A DNA stretch of 64,000 bases from Laetmonice hystrix. Taxonomy: Eukaryota. Position 1 is the stretch's first letter. The number at the start of each line of letters is the position of its first letter. The position numbers were made by a program, and so were the translations under genes. The DNA lies in contig OZ249436.1 in assembly GCA_965235115.1 (NCBI GenBank), forward strand, positions 15,500,001 to 15,564,000. The letters run 5' to 3'. This document shows, piece by piece, positions 13,801 to 27,429 of the stretch. The notes under the pieces were generated by a model that saw only the letters and a list, made by a program, of their open reading frames with translations, was not told where the DNA came from and made no database searches.

Positions 13801-15351
13801 TTTAGCAAAACCTTAAATGCATTGCTTACATGTTATGGATTGACAATAGTGTGGTTTGGGGAATGTCATGGAATGTTATGATAGCTGTTGGCTGATATAG
13901 CTTTGTTGGTTTAGCTTTCACTCGGCTTCACAAGATCAAACATACACATGGGAACTTACCAAGGCATAACAATGTTTAATTGGGCCGATCTCTGGAAAAT
14001 ATAGATCAAATCACGGTCCGCCAAGTTAGATATGATCTGCATGGATTTCTTACTCTTCCTTCTTTTCGTTTTTCCCTCGCCTAATTATTCACGGGCAGCT
14101 AATGTTTGATGTCTTCTTCAATGCGGCTCTATAGGCGTCGGTAACTGGACCAACCATAAAATAAAGCTGCCTGTATGGAAAGTCCTATATACAGCTTTGA
14201 TACTATAGGTCCTGGAAAAAAGATATATTTGTCCTTTAGATCGGACACCTTTGATCAGATTTCCCCGCTGGGGTTTCATGTAAACAACAGCTGTACATTA
14301 GGGTGGTGTAGGAAACCCCAAAAGGTGATAATGATGACACTCGCGCTGCCATCTATTCCCACTCATCAACACCTCCTATATCTGTGGAAGGCACCCTTCC
14401 TTGATAGATGTTCAGCTCCTGTCTCCTTTAAACAGACAACAGAATTCATGAGAGTCTGGGGGCCCTGCACAATAGGCAATGACAGCTTTCTAACAATTCA
14501 GATCTAGATTTAATTAAACTGCAATCATAGAAATAGCGACCTACCTGGGAGGTGGGTCCGACTGGGGTGTTGCCGTCGCCCTGTAATTGTCTTATCAAAG
14601 CGGTGCAATGCCTCTTTGATTGTTGTGGCCTGAGGGTCTTTTTTCCACTCTGTTGTGTCCATCTGACCCTTCCACCCGCACCCCATATGTAGAACACAAC
14701 ACACCTACGCTACCTAACTGCCCTGCAGCAAACAAAGACCTAAGGACAAAGTGTCCTTTATTGAGCGTTCCTTTTTATCCGGCGTTGTCTTCCCTCCTGA
14801 CTTGCTCAGGGTGTGACCTCCCTGTGTCGGCTGTTCACTCGATACTTCAACACTATACTGCGATTCACAACCTCAACGTGAAGTCAATTGAATATCGTAT
14901 TGCAAGTTTCCGTGTTTATTTGCTCTACTTGACCTAAGATACTTGGTCTGGTGCCAAGTTATGCTTTCTCAAGGAAAAGAGGTATATAGCGACGAGTCAT
15001 TACGCACACTGAGCATGAGGAATGAAGAGGCTCGGGGCTCCCGGGGTTTATCTGGTTCTCAACTGTTACAAACCGCACCAGCTGGTTCCAATTGTGCTTA
15101 GAACAGACGGCTTGCGGTACCTTGATTAAAACACATCATACTGCCATGGAATCATGCGACACAAGGGGCTTGTGTTCCTAAAGTCAGGAGGAGAATATGG
15201 AAGTCGTTCTTCACACTCAGGACTCGGGAAAAGATGACGCCTTAATGGACAAACAATCTGCTACTAGTAATTAAGCACGCACTCAGACCACTAGAAATCT
15301 TGCCCTCGGGTGTGTGATGACAAAATTAGTCATGTATAAGCACACATTTAG

Positions 15352-15565
15352 TGCAAACCTTGAATTGGGAGTGACTACTCCTGAGATAGCCTTTCCTTCA
15401 CAGTCAAACCTCACTCCTTCAGTTAGTGGCGACAGCGCTGTGCAGTGCGAAGGCGATAAGACCCTTTCATGTTCTTCGAACAGTTGCACTCTTGGCAACA
15501 TTGCAACGAACGCCCCCGAAAAAACGACCGTGGCTTTCAGCTTGAAGTTAGACAGGACGTTGTAG
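15352..15565 (+). pseudogene. Exon-like fragment resembling an integrin-alpha leg (calf) domain
   Basis: catttag acceptor; ANLELGVTTPEIAFP...VQCEGDKTLSCSSNSCTLGNI...VAFSLKLDRTL (CxLGN motif as in integrin alpha). A TAG stop lies immediately before the AG|GTAAAA donor, so it is probably non-functional. Confidence 0.3.
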
Positions 15566-18344
15566 GTAAAACCAGAGACATGCAATTAACTCATCTAATT
15601 AACTTTTGGGCTAATTATCTCTGAAGTGCAGCAAACATTTAATAGGGAAATGCCATTTGTGTTGGCAAGCAGTGATGGGATAATATAGACTGTCGTGTGA
15701 ACGGCTGAAGGGAGAAATGCCGATTGCCATCAGTAATTCCTCTAAAATAATTATTTTTTTGTGTGTGCTTGGATTGGTATGGATGGTATTTGATTCCTGA
15801 TAAGCTACAAAGTTTACCCTCAGCTTCATTAAACTGGTTGACTTATAGCTTAAATCTTGTTTTGACGTGTACGTGTGAGGTATACTTGTAATATAATCTA
15901 TATCAAGCTGAGGAGGCGTACATTGATCACACAGATATAAGACACAATACAGTTAACTGAAGTTTTACATTAAAACTATACATTAATGTATAACAGTAAC
16001 GTGAACTTCACATGCAGTTCAGTTCACTGTCTTAAACATATAAAAACAACTTAACAAAAACTAAACAAAAACAAATGGGTGACCAGTATAGAATGCATGG
16101 ACACAAACAATTTTCCCTCGAGCTAGTTGGAAGGGTGCGTCCAGCCGAACATGAAAGCCCCCTTACAGGATAACCAGGGCCTGCCTTACGGGAGCCTCCG
16201 CTTTTGATTTATATGAGCTTCACATGCACTTTGCAGCCGAGACCGGAGTCGTCATGAGTGGCTGCACAACGTCGGGAGGAAGGTCTGTTGCTAAGCAACA
16301 TACAGTCATGTGTCTACTGGAAACGGCAGCAATGAAACAAGGCTCTGAAGTTGCATTTCTGGCGATCTAAACTAGGCCCACCTATACCTGAGTCTAAAGT
16401 TCGGTGATCTAAAAGATAACCGTACTCATTTATTAAGCACAAACGATAAGGCCGAATCAACAATAAAGATATGCTGCATCGTAACCCTTTAAATATTACA
16501 TTAAATTTTGACTAAGGCTAAGCCAGAATTTTCTTTAACGTTCCTCCTACTTCCAACAGAAAGTGTTCCTAAAACCTGGTGGACTGTGGTAAGGAAATGT
16601 TGCGACAACGGAACTGACTTCACAGCTCGGAGGGTTCCGGCATGCTAGCTCAGCCGACCCGTTTATCTATTCAACTTTGTTTTCATCATTTATACAAAGT
16701 GCTGAGGAGCTATGATTGCACTGACCTCTGGGGAAGATATCGCCAGCCTCATATTTGCGCCTCTGGTGCAGCATTTGAGTGAACTTATCGCTTTGCTCAT
16801 CTGTGTCACGCTGCGACCCCCCTTTACCAGCCCCAAGAAACATCACTGCTGACATATTGCCTGATGGCTAACAGCTTACTTTTCAACTAACACACGGTTA
16901 AGCCACATTTTCTTTATATTGTGCTCTTATCCCTTGGAAGCCACATAACTTCAAACGCCTATGAATGAAAAGAAGTTTGTACTTGGGGCTTTGAGAGAAA
17001 TCTAAATCTAAAAATGGCTTTAAATGCGACCGAACTTCTGGTTTTGAAAAGTTTTAGAGTATAATGAACTTTTAAGCAATTGATATCGACATTTCCTTAA
17101 GTCTTACGGTTCTCAGTATAAACACCGTTCACCCCATACCACCATCTTTTGCCTGCTAAATAAACATCTTTCGCTTTTTACTTAATTTAGACCTTCAACT
17201 CAGGTCACAACTTTGAAATGTGAGATATGATCTCTTTTTGCCCCAGACTGGCACCTGATATTTATGGCTTAACCGCGTAACGTAGGAGTCTTGTGTCGGA
17301 ACATCCTACACTGAATGTATACAATCTTCCAAAGTAACATCCCACACACGCATTACAGATGCCTTTTGACATAGATACAACCGCTTTTTTACGCAATGCC
17401 CTCAGAAAATAGGACAAAGCTGGTCACCGGCTACACCACACTTCTGTCTATGGATACGTGGGAACGTATATGCGTCAATGTACACTAAAGTGCATGTGGA
17501 CAATAGTAGGCCTGCAGAAACAGGTAGGACCTCTAAATGATGAACCGAAAAAATAAAAAATTATTGTATTTTACATATTAAATCCTTTGGCGTCCTTTTT
17601 TAGGCTCATTCATGGTTTGGTTAACTTACTCCCGCCAAACAGTGATGTTACTTCTGCACATGCACGATATAGCGAGTCAGAGCAGGAAAAGGCAGCTTTA
17701 GGCTACAGCATCTTCTGGGAGTCGGAAGGAGGATAATGAAGAAACTGCATTTCAATATGCAAAACACCTGAAGCCGCCACGAGACACACAAGGACACATC
17801 TATAAACATGTTCGCTGACTTTTCAAAACTTGAAAACTTCATAAAGTCGAACCTTCAACTGGTAGATGACCTAATTGTGAAAGTTTTAGGTCCACCGAAA
17901 CACGTGGTCGCGTGACAGGGTTCCATTGCACCCTGTTACTCTGACAGTAATAGTCAAGCTGATAAGTAACCTTCAATAAAGTATCACACGTAAATGACTG
18001 ACAGCCTCATGGCTCCTTTGGATATATGTTAGAACAACACCTTCATGTTGACTGGGATTTAACGAGAATACCCGACGGATGACTTCGTGATGAACAGCCA
18101 CAAACAGGTGTCCGAGGTGAGGGCAGAATATACCGCCAGTACAGGAAGGTATCGGGATCTCTGAAAGCGGGTATGACCTCGTCCAACAGGTGTCTGAGGT
18201 ATGGGCACAATATACGGCCGGTAAACTATTGTAACGATATGGGGCAAGAATGTATCGGGCATCTCTGAATAGGGTATGACCTCGCCCCTCGGTCCCTTAT
18301 CAACATGTCCAGCTGATGTCACACGGAGCAAGTAGGCTCTATAG

Positions 18345-18426
18345 CTATACCTAGCCACCTACCTAAGTATGCCTACCTATACCTAGCCACCTACCTACGT
18401 ATGCCTACCTATACCTAGCCACCTAC
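18345..18426. repeat. Short tandem repeat, about 2.5 copies
   Basis: ctatacctagccacctacc occurs three times separated by taagtatgcctac / tacgtatgcctac. Preceded by a degenerate two-copy duplication at about 18100-18290 (gtatcggg..atctctgaa...gggtatgacctcg twice). Confidence 0.8.
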
Positions 18427-18883
18427 CAACCAAAACCAGTCGGCGAAGGTATAAACACAGGTGTTCACACTACGAGACGTCCTCCTGTTGAAAGCTGGCA
18501 TTTTGGGATGATTCATCCACTTTTAAATATTTAGTTTTGAGCGACAAAAATGTCTTTTTTATTCACTTATTTCTATCAAATACGAAAAGGTCGCTTGTAA
18601 CAATTTGCTTACTCAGTATCGCAACATAGGCCTACATTAATTGTATAGAGTTGTGGCTAGAGTCCTCTGGCAATATTTAACTTATATACAAATACAAATT
18701 TTGACTACTTATAAAGGAGGTTAATGGTCCAAATTTAGATGTGGAGTTCATGGAGTTCCCTTGTGTAAAAACTTCGACTGTCACGTGACCTGTTACCATC
18801 TTTACTGCTTTTGTTGTTGCTTACATGAAAAACATAACACTTCGATAGGTCAGTAGTGAAACCTCGGATGGGACTGTGAGTGC

Positions 18884-18926
18884 GGGGGAGGGGGGGGGGG
18901 GCGCGGGGCGCGGGGGGGGGGGGGGG
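18884..18926 (+). repeat. G-rich low-complexity tract
   Basis: Several G runs separated by a, cgc and cgc. Confidence 0.85.
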
Positions 18927-19949
18927 TCCTGTCTTGGTCGATAGTTCGTGTTTGTTTTCTTTAGTTTCAGCCTCCTGCTAGAACAGTCATTTTGTCCTGG
19001 CCGCACAATGTAACGATGTACATCTTAGAGGCTGCGCTCTGGTTATATAGGGCTCTCAGTACTGCAGGTGCAATATGCTATAGGTTGTGCTCTGTCGGTC
19101 ATGGCAGAACTAAATGTGTCCAAATTGCTGTGACTCGCTCAGATCTCGAGCAATTACCAAACCAATTGTGGGCCCTTGCTCCACACTTCACATGAAGGGC
19201 TGTTTCTTCAGCCACAAATGAGGGCACATAGCGATGGTAAGTGAGGCCTACATGTCAGCAATGACAGTGACACTGAACTACAGAGTACGCCAAGCAGGTG
19301 GAAGGTCCTAGGGAAGCAAGAGTCAATGATGACGCCAATGCTTAACTCTCAAAGAATACTACTTTGTCAACCTTGGTCATAACACAACGGATGTACCTGT
19401 GTTCTGGCTGTTTAGAAATTTAATGGCATACGAGGCCCAAGATTTTTGTGTCTAACTGAGCCATCAAGAACGTTTTATCCAATTTGGTAAACTAAATCTT
19501 TCCTGGTAATCTGATGATACAAAATTCAAAATTGACACAAGAAGAATATAATTATAAACGGATAATACCGGTATATAGTGTAATACTTTCACATAAAGAC
19601 TGTCTTGGTTTCGAAGCCAGGCATATAACGGTGCTATACACGGGAACCTGCAGCCACATCAGGAAAGGTTTGCTTGGACGTTATCTGCAATTATACCCTC
19701 TTATCATAGAGGTAATCTGGTTATTTTGGGAGGTTCCTTTCGAAGTGAACACCACCGCAGCAGCAGACTACTCCTAAGTGTCGCCTTTCCGGGCCTGCCT
19801 TCAGCCGCCCACTTCCCCAGCCAAGGGGCCATTTCTGGGTCAGGCATCCTCTGACAGCGGACAAACCCACTCATTTAGTTTGAATATTCCTCCATCATAC
19901 ACTAAACTAGAGGGGTGTAATGGATTAGGTATTGAGGCACGCTGGACCC

Positions 19950-20110
19950 TATACAACCCCTAGCAAGTCCTCTCTCAATATCTTCTCATACAACCCATCA
20001 AGTGCAATGTTCAAAAGGTGCAGTGTGTTGGGTTGCCCTAACCCGAAGCATGCCTCTGACCCAATTTCTCCCTTCAAAGCTGACTGCTCGCCAAAAATGA
20101 TTCCCATAAC
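19950..20110 (-). mobile_element. Degenerate non-LTR retrotransposon RT fragment
   Basis: Minus frame GLGQPNTLHLLNIALDGLYEKIL resembles LINE RT G..QG..LSP.LFNI.LD.L; flanked by stops. Confidence 0.3.
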
Positions 20111-22059
20111 CCACAGAAACATACCATATAGAATGCATTTGTTTGGCCTTTTGAATTATCGGTACGAGAAACTAAATAATAGAGAACTTAAGCTGATAAA
20201 GTTAGCTGTCAACAGCGTAAGCACATGCTGGCCTACAAGCTGAAAACATCCAAGGGTTCAGAAAGAATAACACGTTGTGTGACAAGTGATGAATATCCCT
20301 GACTATAGGCATGACCGCTAAGCAGAACACAAAGCTGGAAACATAAGACACAATTTATGTCATGTTCCACACTGTCAGACAAAGAATGACCGTAAAACAT
20401 CAGCTGCAAAATGAAAAATATTTCAGATGTATGTCTCCATTGAAAGTAGATGTCTTTTTATAGGATGTAAAGTACTTGAGGCTCCTAGGTTGACAGTGAT
20501 AAGGCCGAAAGTGAACTGGGTAATCTGATCGGAAAGTCTTTGAGCTCTGTTTCACAACTGAATGCCTAATGACCTAAATTACACTAAAGTCATCTAAACA
20601 GTAGTTGATAACAGGTTTCCCCCTGTGATACACTGCCAGGAAAAAACCAGGAGCGAAGGCTTCTGGCAGAGCTGCACCTAAATCAGCCGTGGTGTGGGGA
20701 GGCGTCGCTCTGCTTCAGCTGTTCAACTACAATGGCGGTGAATGGGTTCGTGTAGCTTCTTTCGACGCTGCCTTTATCTGCGGGATCAAATGTCGGCAAT
20801 GTCTGCGCCTCGTAACTGTAGAGCGCGTGGAATGGTCGACTAGTGGCGGGGTTATCGGTGACGGGTCGGGACCAAGTGGTGGGGGCGGTACGTGGCCTAC
20901 CGGCCTAATGATGGGGCCGCCGTAACCGGACCGCTTTTACCACAAACATACGTAATTGAGTTACACAGAAACAAATAATTTGCAAATATTTGCCGCCATG
21001 TGTAGAACTTTTCGATTCTGAGGCGTTGAAGTGCAGTGATGGAGCAGTGTCGGGTTGAGAACTGAGTGTCAGGACAAAGAGTGCCAAGTTCATTTACGTT
21101 AATACCCAGTCGTCTTTCATATTTCTATGAAAACGTTACCTTTCATATAATTATTTTATGGCTCTTAAATATTGGGGTTACTTTAAAAGTTTCTAGTTCT
21201 TTTTAATTTCTATAGAACTATTTATAGTACACAAAAAATTAACTTTACCACTATTACATAAAATGCTCTACTTTTATCCACACAGACGCTACAGGTTCTA
21301 GACACTAATGGAAATTAAAGTGATAGCTCAGTTTCAAAATTACACATTGGCGGATAGTTTCAGTAGTATATTTACCATTACCTTTGGAGAGGAAAGTGAG
21401 ATACCTTTGTGGCTTTGATTTGTGACTATAAGAAAGTCATCAACTCTAGTACTGGTGTCATAAAATTCAAATGACTCTCAAGTGAGGAACAAACCAGCCT
21501 GTCTACCAACTTTCTCTCCCCCTGGGTGACGACTTACGATAATGACCTTTGAATTTCATGCCTGGTAGAGCCAACGAATCAGATTTGAATACCACAAACC
21601 CATTCAGCTGGATGTTATTTGGCCCAGCATCAGGCACGCAGGTTTCAGCAAATCATCGCTTAAGGTGTTTTGTCACATCTGCTGACCCTAATTTGATATT
21701 TTAGACAAGTAATATCACAAACTCATACAGGACGTCATTCGGATGTCCTTTAATTACCGATAGTGGTTAACCGTAACAAAATATTGTATTGGACACGTTT
21801 GAAAGTTTGCTGAAAAAGAGACAGTTTACAAGCACAACACCGCAAATAAACTTGATCTTGGCACAGAAAAAAAGTTTCAATTCTTTAGCACTGTGGAAAG
21901 GTACATAATAGACGTGTAAAGAAAAAGCCCATCCGAAAACAGCCTGTTACTGAGCGCTTTCAGTCACATGACAAGGTTCAAAATCGCCCTGCAATGGATA
22001 CGAACATCAAGATGGCCACATGTTTGCAGCTTGTATTTCTAAATCTCTCAACTGTCCAA

Positions 22060-22330
22060 ACCATCTGAGGTGCACATCTCGCTTCTTCTGACTGACAGCT
22101 TCTCTAAATTCTGCCAACATCCTGTTGAAACTAACCTTCCCGAACAGTGCCTTCTCTTGACTTCAGGATTAAAACTTATAACTCTACCAGTGAAAATAGG
22201 TTCTCCCCACGAAACAGGGCGAAATAATCGCAACGAGAATTCTTACTCTCTTGGCTGCTTCCCAGCAATTTGGCATGATGTTGTCAGGGCCAATTTTAAA
22301 GGGGCAAATGGTGAGGCTGAACTGGGCGAG
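22060..22330 (-). mobile_element. Degenerate non-LTR retrotransposon RT N-terminal fragment
   Basis: Minus frame FKIGPDNIMPNCWEAAKRVRILVAIISPCF...FHW resembles LINE K.PGPD.I....L..IFN.C...P..W; multiple stops follow. Confidence 0.3.
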
Positions 22331-25300
22331 CGGCGTGGGCAGGCCGATGGGGGGTTATTTCCGTTGCCTTGTTAGTTGTGGGTCGGTTGGTCATGGGTTC
22401 ACTGGGGGAGAAAGCTGGCTGGCGGTGGCAAAGTTTACTGGGTGATGTCGGCGTGGAACATGCACTCCAACAAGGAGGCTCGGAAAGTTTGGCTGACACA
22501 CTTGGGCCGAGAGGAAATCTGGAACTTTGGCGAAAAATGCCGTGTTTACTTTGTGTGTTATCAGTGGAGCCAAGCCAACATACCAATCGATTCAAGCTCT
22601 GTGCTTAGAGTCGTGCAATTACATTGTTGGAGTTCTTTGAAATCTCTCTGCTCCCTAAAACTTTGTGGGGGTAATTGGAGGACAACCTAAGCTGAAATAA
22701 GAATGCATTAACTCTTTCAAAATGTAAAGCCCCGCGCTGACCCATGCCAAAAATATCTTTCTAGAGTTAGTGGAGTAAGTGGTCCATTTTACCACACGGG
22801 TTAATCCTGTCGATCGCCCCTTCACGCCGACCCTTGAACTTTATGACAGTAGGTAAGGATTGCCCCTTGTTGCTGCAATTCACTAACCAGATTAGGCGTT
22901 TAGTTAACATCTGGTTTGGGATCAGAAGGCTGACCAGCCACTTAGGATTACGTAGCCAGCACATATGTTCACAATTCCTGAGAGAGGATTTCCATCCCAC
23001 TGCGTTGGCATTCAGTTGTAGGTCTCTACCCAGGGTACACTTCGGTAGGCCTGAACCCCACGCGCACCTCAGCTGCTGTATCTAGACGGCGTGTACAGGT
23101 GGAGGAATGAATGGATGAATAGAGATACCCTATATATCTAGCGTTTCAAAAACGGACTTGGTCATTAAACACCCATTCGCTCCAAGCCAGCCTGTTACAA
23201 TTCTATCACCGCTGTCAAAAATATCTTCACTATCTTTTTGAGATAACGCTCATACCAGTCGGCGTATTGATCACATTTTGAACTACAAATGTACATCATA
23301 CCTTACCAATAAATCAATGGTACTATGGGTCGATCTTACGCGTCTAACCTTCAATGTTTGCTTGATAGATAGTGGAACTAATGGCATAACACAATAGAAG
23401 TCAATAGAGGCCATACTTGGTCTGATCCGACTTCCTGACAGTCAGTACTACACGTATCGGGTAAGCCCGAGTCGTAAAGCTGTCGGCTAGCGAAGTCTGG
23501 GCTAGGGACCAGTATCTGATTCTCATGCAGGCAAATTACCTCCAGCTTCAGCGCCTCAGGCCTGTCTGTGGCCTGCAGACAACTTTGGCCCAGTTTGCAT
23601 GGACACCTCGGCTTCTTGTTGTAGCAGCTGCAGATCGATATTCTGACTTTGTAGTGCGTACGTAACCCCATGGGTGTTACACCTCACAGGTTTCGCTGTT
23701 GTGGATGTGCACGTGTAGCAATAATGTATTAATGTCTTCATGAATATATATACCAGGTATATCATCAAAATAAACCCGACTATTCGAGGATTTCGCGAGA
23801 ATTCAAGTAATTCATCCTATAGAAATGCCATTTGTCACATTATTTAGTAGGCCTATACGGGGGATGAAGACCCTGTTTAATGACATAACACCGCTAACAT
23901 TTATGATTAAATACAATCACAAAACCAGTTACATTGTCTTAATATTTATACATCACAGTCAGGTTTATTCACCATCTTCCTTTTGTGCCTGATATAATTG
24001 AGTGCTGAACATACAATAGGTAATAAAATATGTAAACCGGTACACTGATCCTTAATTTATTGAGAACTGTACAAAATAACTTATCATATACCGTTTAACA
24101 TTATACATCGTCTTCTACAGCAGTCAGAGATAAAGACCAAGTGTGTCATGATCACCTTCTTTATCCCCAACCCTCATCCTTTTAACCCCATGTGAACACC
24201 CAGATATTACATTTGCCTTAGCGTTGGTGTGTAAAATATCTACATGCTTGGTCAGGTCTTTCACATCTCTTATGTGGGGATAGTTTTCAGGAAAACAGGA
24301 TGGAATGATCCGTTCTTTAGATAAACTGAATTCAGAAAAAGTTAACATGCCGTGTGCTCCTATGAATAATGACAGCAATAATTTTAATCCAACTGCCTTT
24401 CAATTGTTGTTATACAAGCCACTGACATTTTAACCTGACACTTGGGTTGACTTTACCAAAGCCTACAATGAGCTCGCTTTTGTACACAACTTTCTCTCTC
24501 TACACAACTCTCTCTATGATCCGCCCTGATGAAACATTTCACACGACCATAGTGACCAAAGCATGTGCATAACCTGTTACAGATCTGTGATACAGTTTTC
24601 GTTGACACTGCACAACGATAAGGATCCCCTGAGTACAATCTTTGCCAACGTAGATACAAGAGTCATGCCAAATACATGTATATTTTCCTTCAGACGGCCA
24701 TGGACTGATATTAAACAGCCTTGATGGAAAAAAGTGCGGGGATGATAAGTGAAGGCGGTGATACAAAGAGGCATAAAGAAACGCTGAGAGTAATTCTTGA
24801 CCGTATGGAACTCACTAGTGGATATATAAGTCATACGTGAGAACACATGACAGAGATGGCTGTTGAATAATTGTGCCTGTATTTTGTGGTAGGTAGACAG
24901 TTGGTTTTACGGATATTTCAAAAATATCGGGTAAACAATCGCACTCATTTTGATGTGAAACGCAGGAAAGACTTACGCCATTAGGCAATAATTACCTGTT
25001 TTGATTTTTAAAATATTACCCCCGATACTAACCACATGACATTCTCCCATTAACATTCTAGCCTGACATAGATGAACTGAGTGAGGTTCATAGTTGTTGG
25101 AAATAGAGAGAGTGCTAATGTTCAGATTTTGTTCACCTTGTTTGGAACATCAACTGTGTGAAACACATAATTGCGAGTTCCAGCATCTAAAACTATATGT
25201 ACAACAGTACGATTGAGACCTTCAATATTCTTCAGGTGCCACGACAAAGGTTCTGTGTGACGGCACTGAGGTGCCTGCCTTAAATATAAACAAAGGTAGA

Positions 25301-25601
25301 CAAAGAAATGCATAAATTATCCATCACTATCTAAGTATCTGTTCACCATCACTACCCTGGAGGCAAGAAGGGTCCGAGAATGGATTACCAAAATAGTCTG
25401 TGCATCCAAACTTTGGCCCCAACACAATGACTGCAGTTGTTCCTGTTACCGACTGTCCTTCAGGTCTGTGGTAGGCTGCATACTGATTGCAACTTTTTTT
25501 CAAAAATGCCTCCGAGGTGTTTCAACCAGTGGCGAGTTAAAACTGTTTTTATCTGCGGCAATGGAGTATGGAGAAGATATCAGTGGTCCTTAGACGAGCA
25601 G

Positions 25602-26498
25602 TTATCTCAGTGACAATAAAAGAATTTGACAACTATATCGGTTAGAACTCAATGTAACAGCGAGCAGAAATGTCAGTAACAAAACGGGTATTGCATAGCT
25701 GTGTCTTACAGTGGCGGAACACTGTGTCTGAAGGTTAACGGACGTGTTGCTACAATCTAACTCTGTGTTATCGTTTATAGGGTGTATCTGTTCTGTCCCA
25801 GGCTCCTGCGTGTTCCTGGTATGATTGTGACGGTGGTGTCCATGGTGACGGTGCCTTTCTCTTTTAGGGGATTCATTTTGAAAACATAACCGTTCAATGT
25901 TATCCTGGACGCTCCTGCAAGGATACGATTCTGTGCCATCACATACACAGGTTCGTAACTTTCGGGCTTTACGCTGACGAAACAGGATTCCCAGACTATT
26001 GTTGCATCTCGAGGAGCACTTCTCCCCCATTTTTAGCTTGGCACAGTGGTGGTTGAAGTACTGGAGGGCTGTCAGGCACGAGGTGTCTGCCCGACATATC
26101 AACTCAGCCAGTGAGCAACTGATATCAGTGTTGTCATCATTGACACTTTTCATTGCACTAAGTACATCTTTACTGCAGATCTCCATGCGCTGTTTCTGGG
26201 TGTGACAGAAACTGTTACCGTTGCAGTCACATTCCATGAACGCCTCCCCTTCTTGATCCTCTGTGCTTAATAAAGATACGAGTGCCTTACGGCATCTGGC
26301 AGGACACGTATCTATTTCTCCATGAATCACTTCGCCACAGTTGAAAAAGTAGTTATGTAGGGCCATGCTGCAACCCGCACGTGAAACACACTTACTCTGC
26401 GCCTGGTTGCAAAGTTCAGCGGTTCCCTCCAAAAACACCACCACGATGGTCGCCAAGAAAAGCTGCAGATTGCATGTTGTCATCATAAAGTCCTTCAT
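25602..26498 (-). CDS. GAS1: Growth arrest-specific protein 1 (GDNF-receptor/GAS1 family; Hedgehog co-receptor in vertebrates), intronless CDS, 298 aa
   Basis: Signal-peptide-like N-terminus; two cysteine-rich GAS1/GFRalpha domains (C..AQSKC...GC..ALHNY...C; C..AELIC.AD.SC.TAL.YF...C...C..RC..SL..L..Q.KA.KL..C.CDG.E...C); hydrophobic C-terminus (YAIPVLLLTFLLAVTLSS) compatible with a GPI signal. An intronless CDS is typical of the family. Confidence 0.93.
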   Translation of the reverse strand: MKDFMMTTCNLQLFLATIVVVFLEGTAELCNQAQSKCVSRAGCSMALHNYFFNCGEVIHGEIDTCPARCRKALVSLLSTEDQEGEAFMECDCNGNSFCHTQKQRMEICSKDVLSAMKSVNDDNTDISCSLAELICRADTSCLTALQYFNHHCAKLKMGEKCSSRCNNSLGILFRQRKARKLRTCVCDGTESYPCRSVQDNIERLCFQNESPKRERHRHHGHHRHNHTRNTQEPGTEQIHPINDNTELDCSNTSVNLQTQCSATVRHSYAIPVLLLTFLLAVTLSSNRYSCQILLLSLR

Positions 26499-27429
26499 CT
26501 TGGGTTTTTTTTTCTAAAGTCAGTACGTGGTCTGACCTTGCAGCAGCTGTAGATTTCTGATAATATCTAACAAAACAAGCACCTTCTCCGAGTATGTTTG
26601 GACCGACTCTCACTTAAGGCAGTCAGTCACGTCAGGGGTGCCACGCATGTTCTCTATGAAGCGCTTTGTTAGCTCCCCTCAAGTCAGTGGTACACGTGTG
26701 TTGTGTAAGGTAAGCATGTCAATGACGTACTGCGTCTTGGATACTGGGCAGCATTGGTGTCACTGTAACCACTGGTTTTAAAACCGCGGCTGGCGCCTTG
26801 GTGAATGTTCAGGTTAGAGGTCGGAGAGTGGGATAACCGGGAACTTACTTGGTGTAAGAAAGCAGCCGAACGTACCGTGACGGTTGCCGTGACGGTATAT
26901 CACCTTGCTAGGTGCCCACATGCGTTCCTTGCTCTAGGTCCACACCCAGCAGTTACTGACGTATCCAACCCTGGAGCTGATGCTAAGACGTCGCGGTGCA
27001 GTCGTTATCACCAGCCAGAATCAAGAGGACGTGCTGGGTAACCAAACAAAACGGCAACAGTTTGGAAGACCTGGCTGCCGCAGACGAACCCTAACTGCAC
27101 TCGTGTGAACTAGGCAACTGTAATGTTACTGGGCAGGCTGCTCTGCCTCTTGTACAACCACCAACACGGCCCAAGGGAGTTTCAGCATCCTGGCTCAGAA
27201 AGCATAAAGTTCTATTATAACTTACACTCGGTTGTTGTCCTGGGTGAAATCTCAACGCTTGCTGGTATGCGGGCGCGGGTTCAATGTTTTCAGTTCGTGA
27301 AGATGCACATATATCTTCCTAACAGTCAGACACTGGACTGGTAAGCCACAGAGAAGTCGGTACGCCTGCCCGAAAATAACTAGGCCGGTGCTCCGCGTGT
27401 ATTGTCGGTGCTTGAAGAGTTGAGCTCAC

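Noticed and set aside
19932-20243. THAP-like start (KRCSVLGCPN) on the plus strand
   Set aside because: Lacks the downstream THAP W and CxxHF motifs; the opposite strand fits an RT remnant at least as well.
20690-20850. SH3-like start (FHALYSYEAQ) on the minus strand
   Set aside because: The remaining SH3 motifs (EL.F..GD, WW.G, G..P.NY) are absent.
23378-24846. Kazal/RECK/VWC-like cysteine patterns
   Set aside because: Cysteine spacing does not fit consistently and the frames are broken; cannot be supported without a search.
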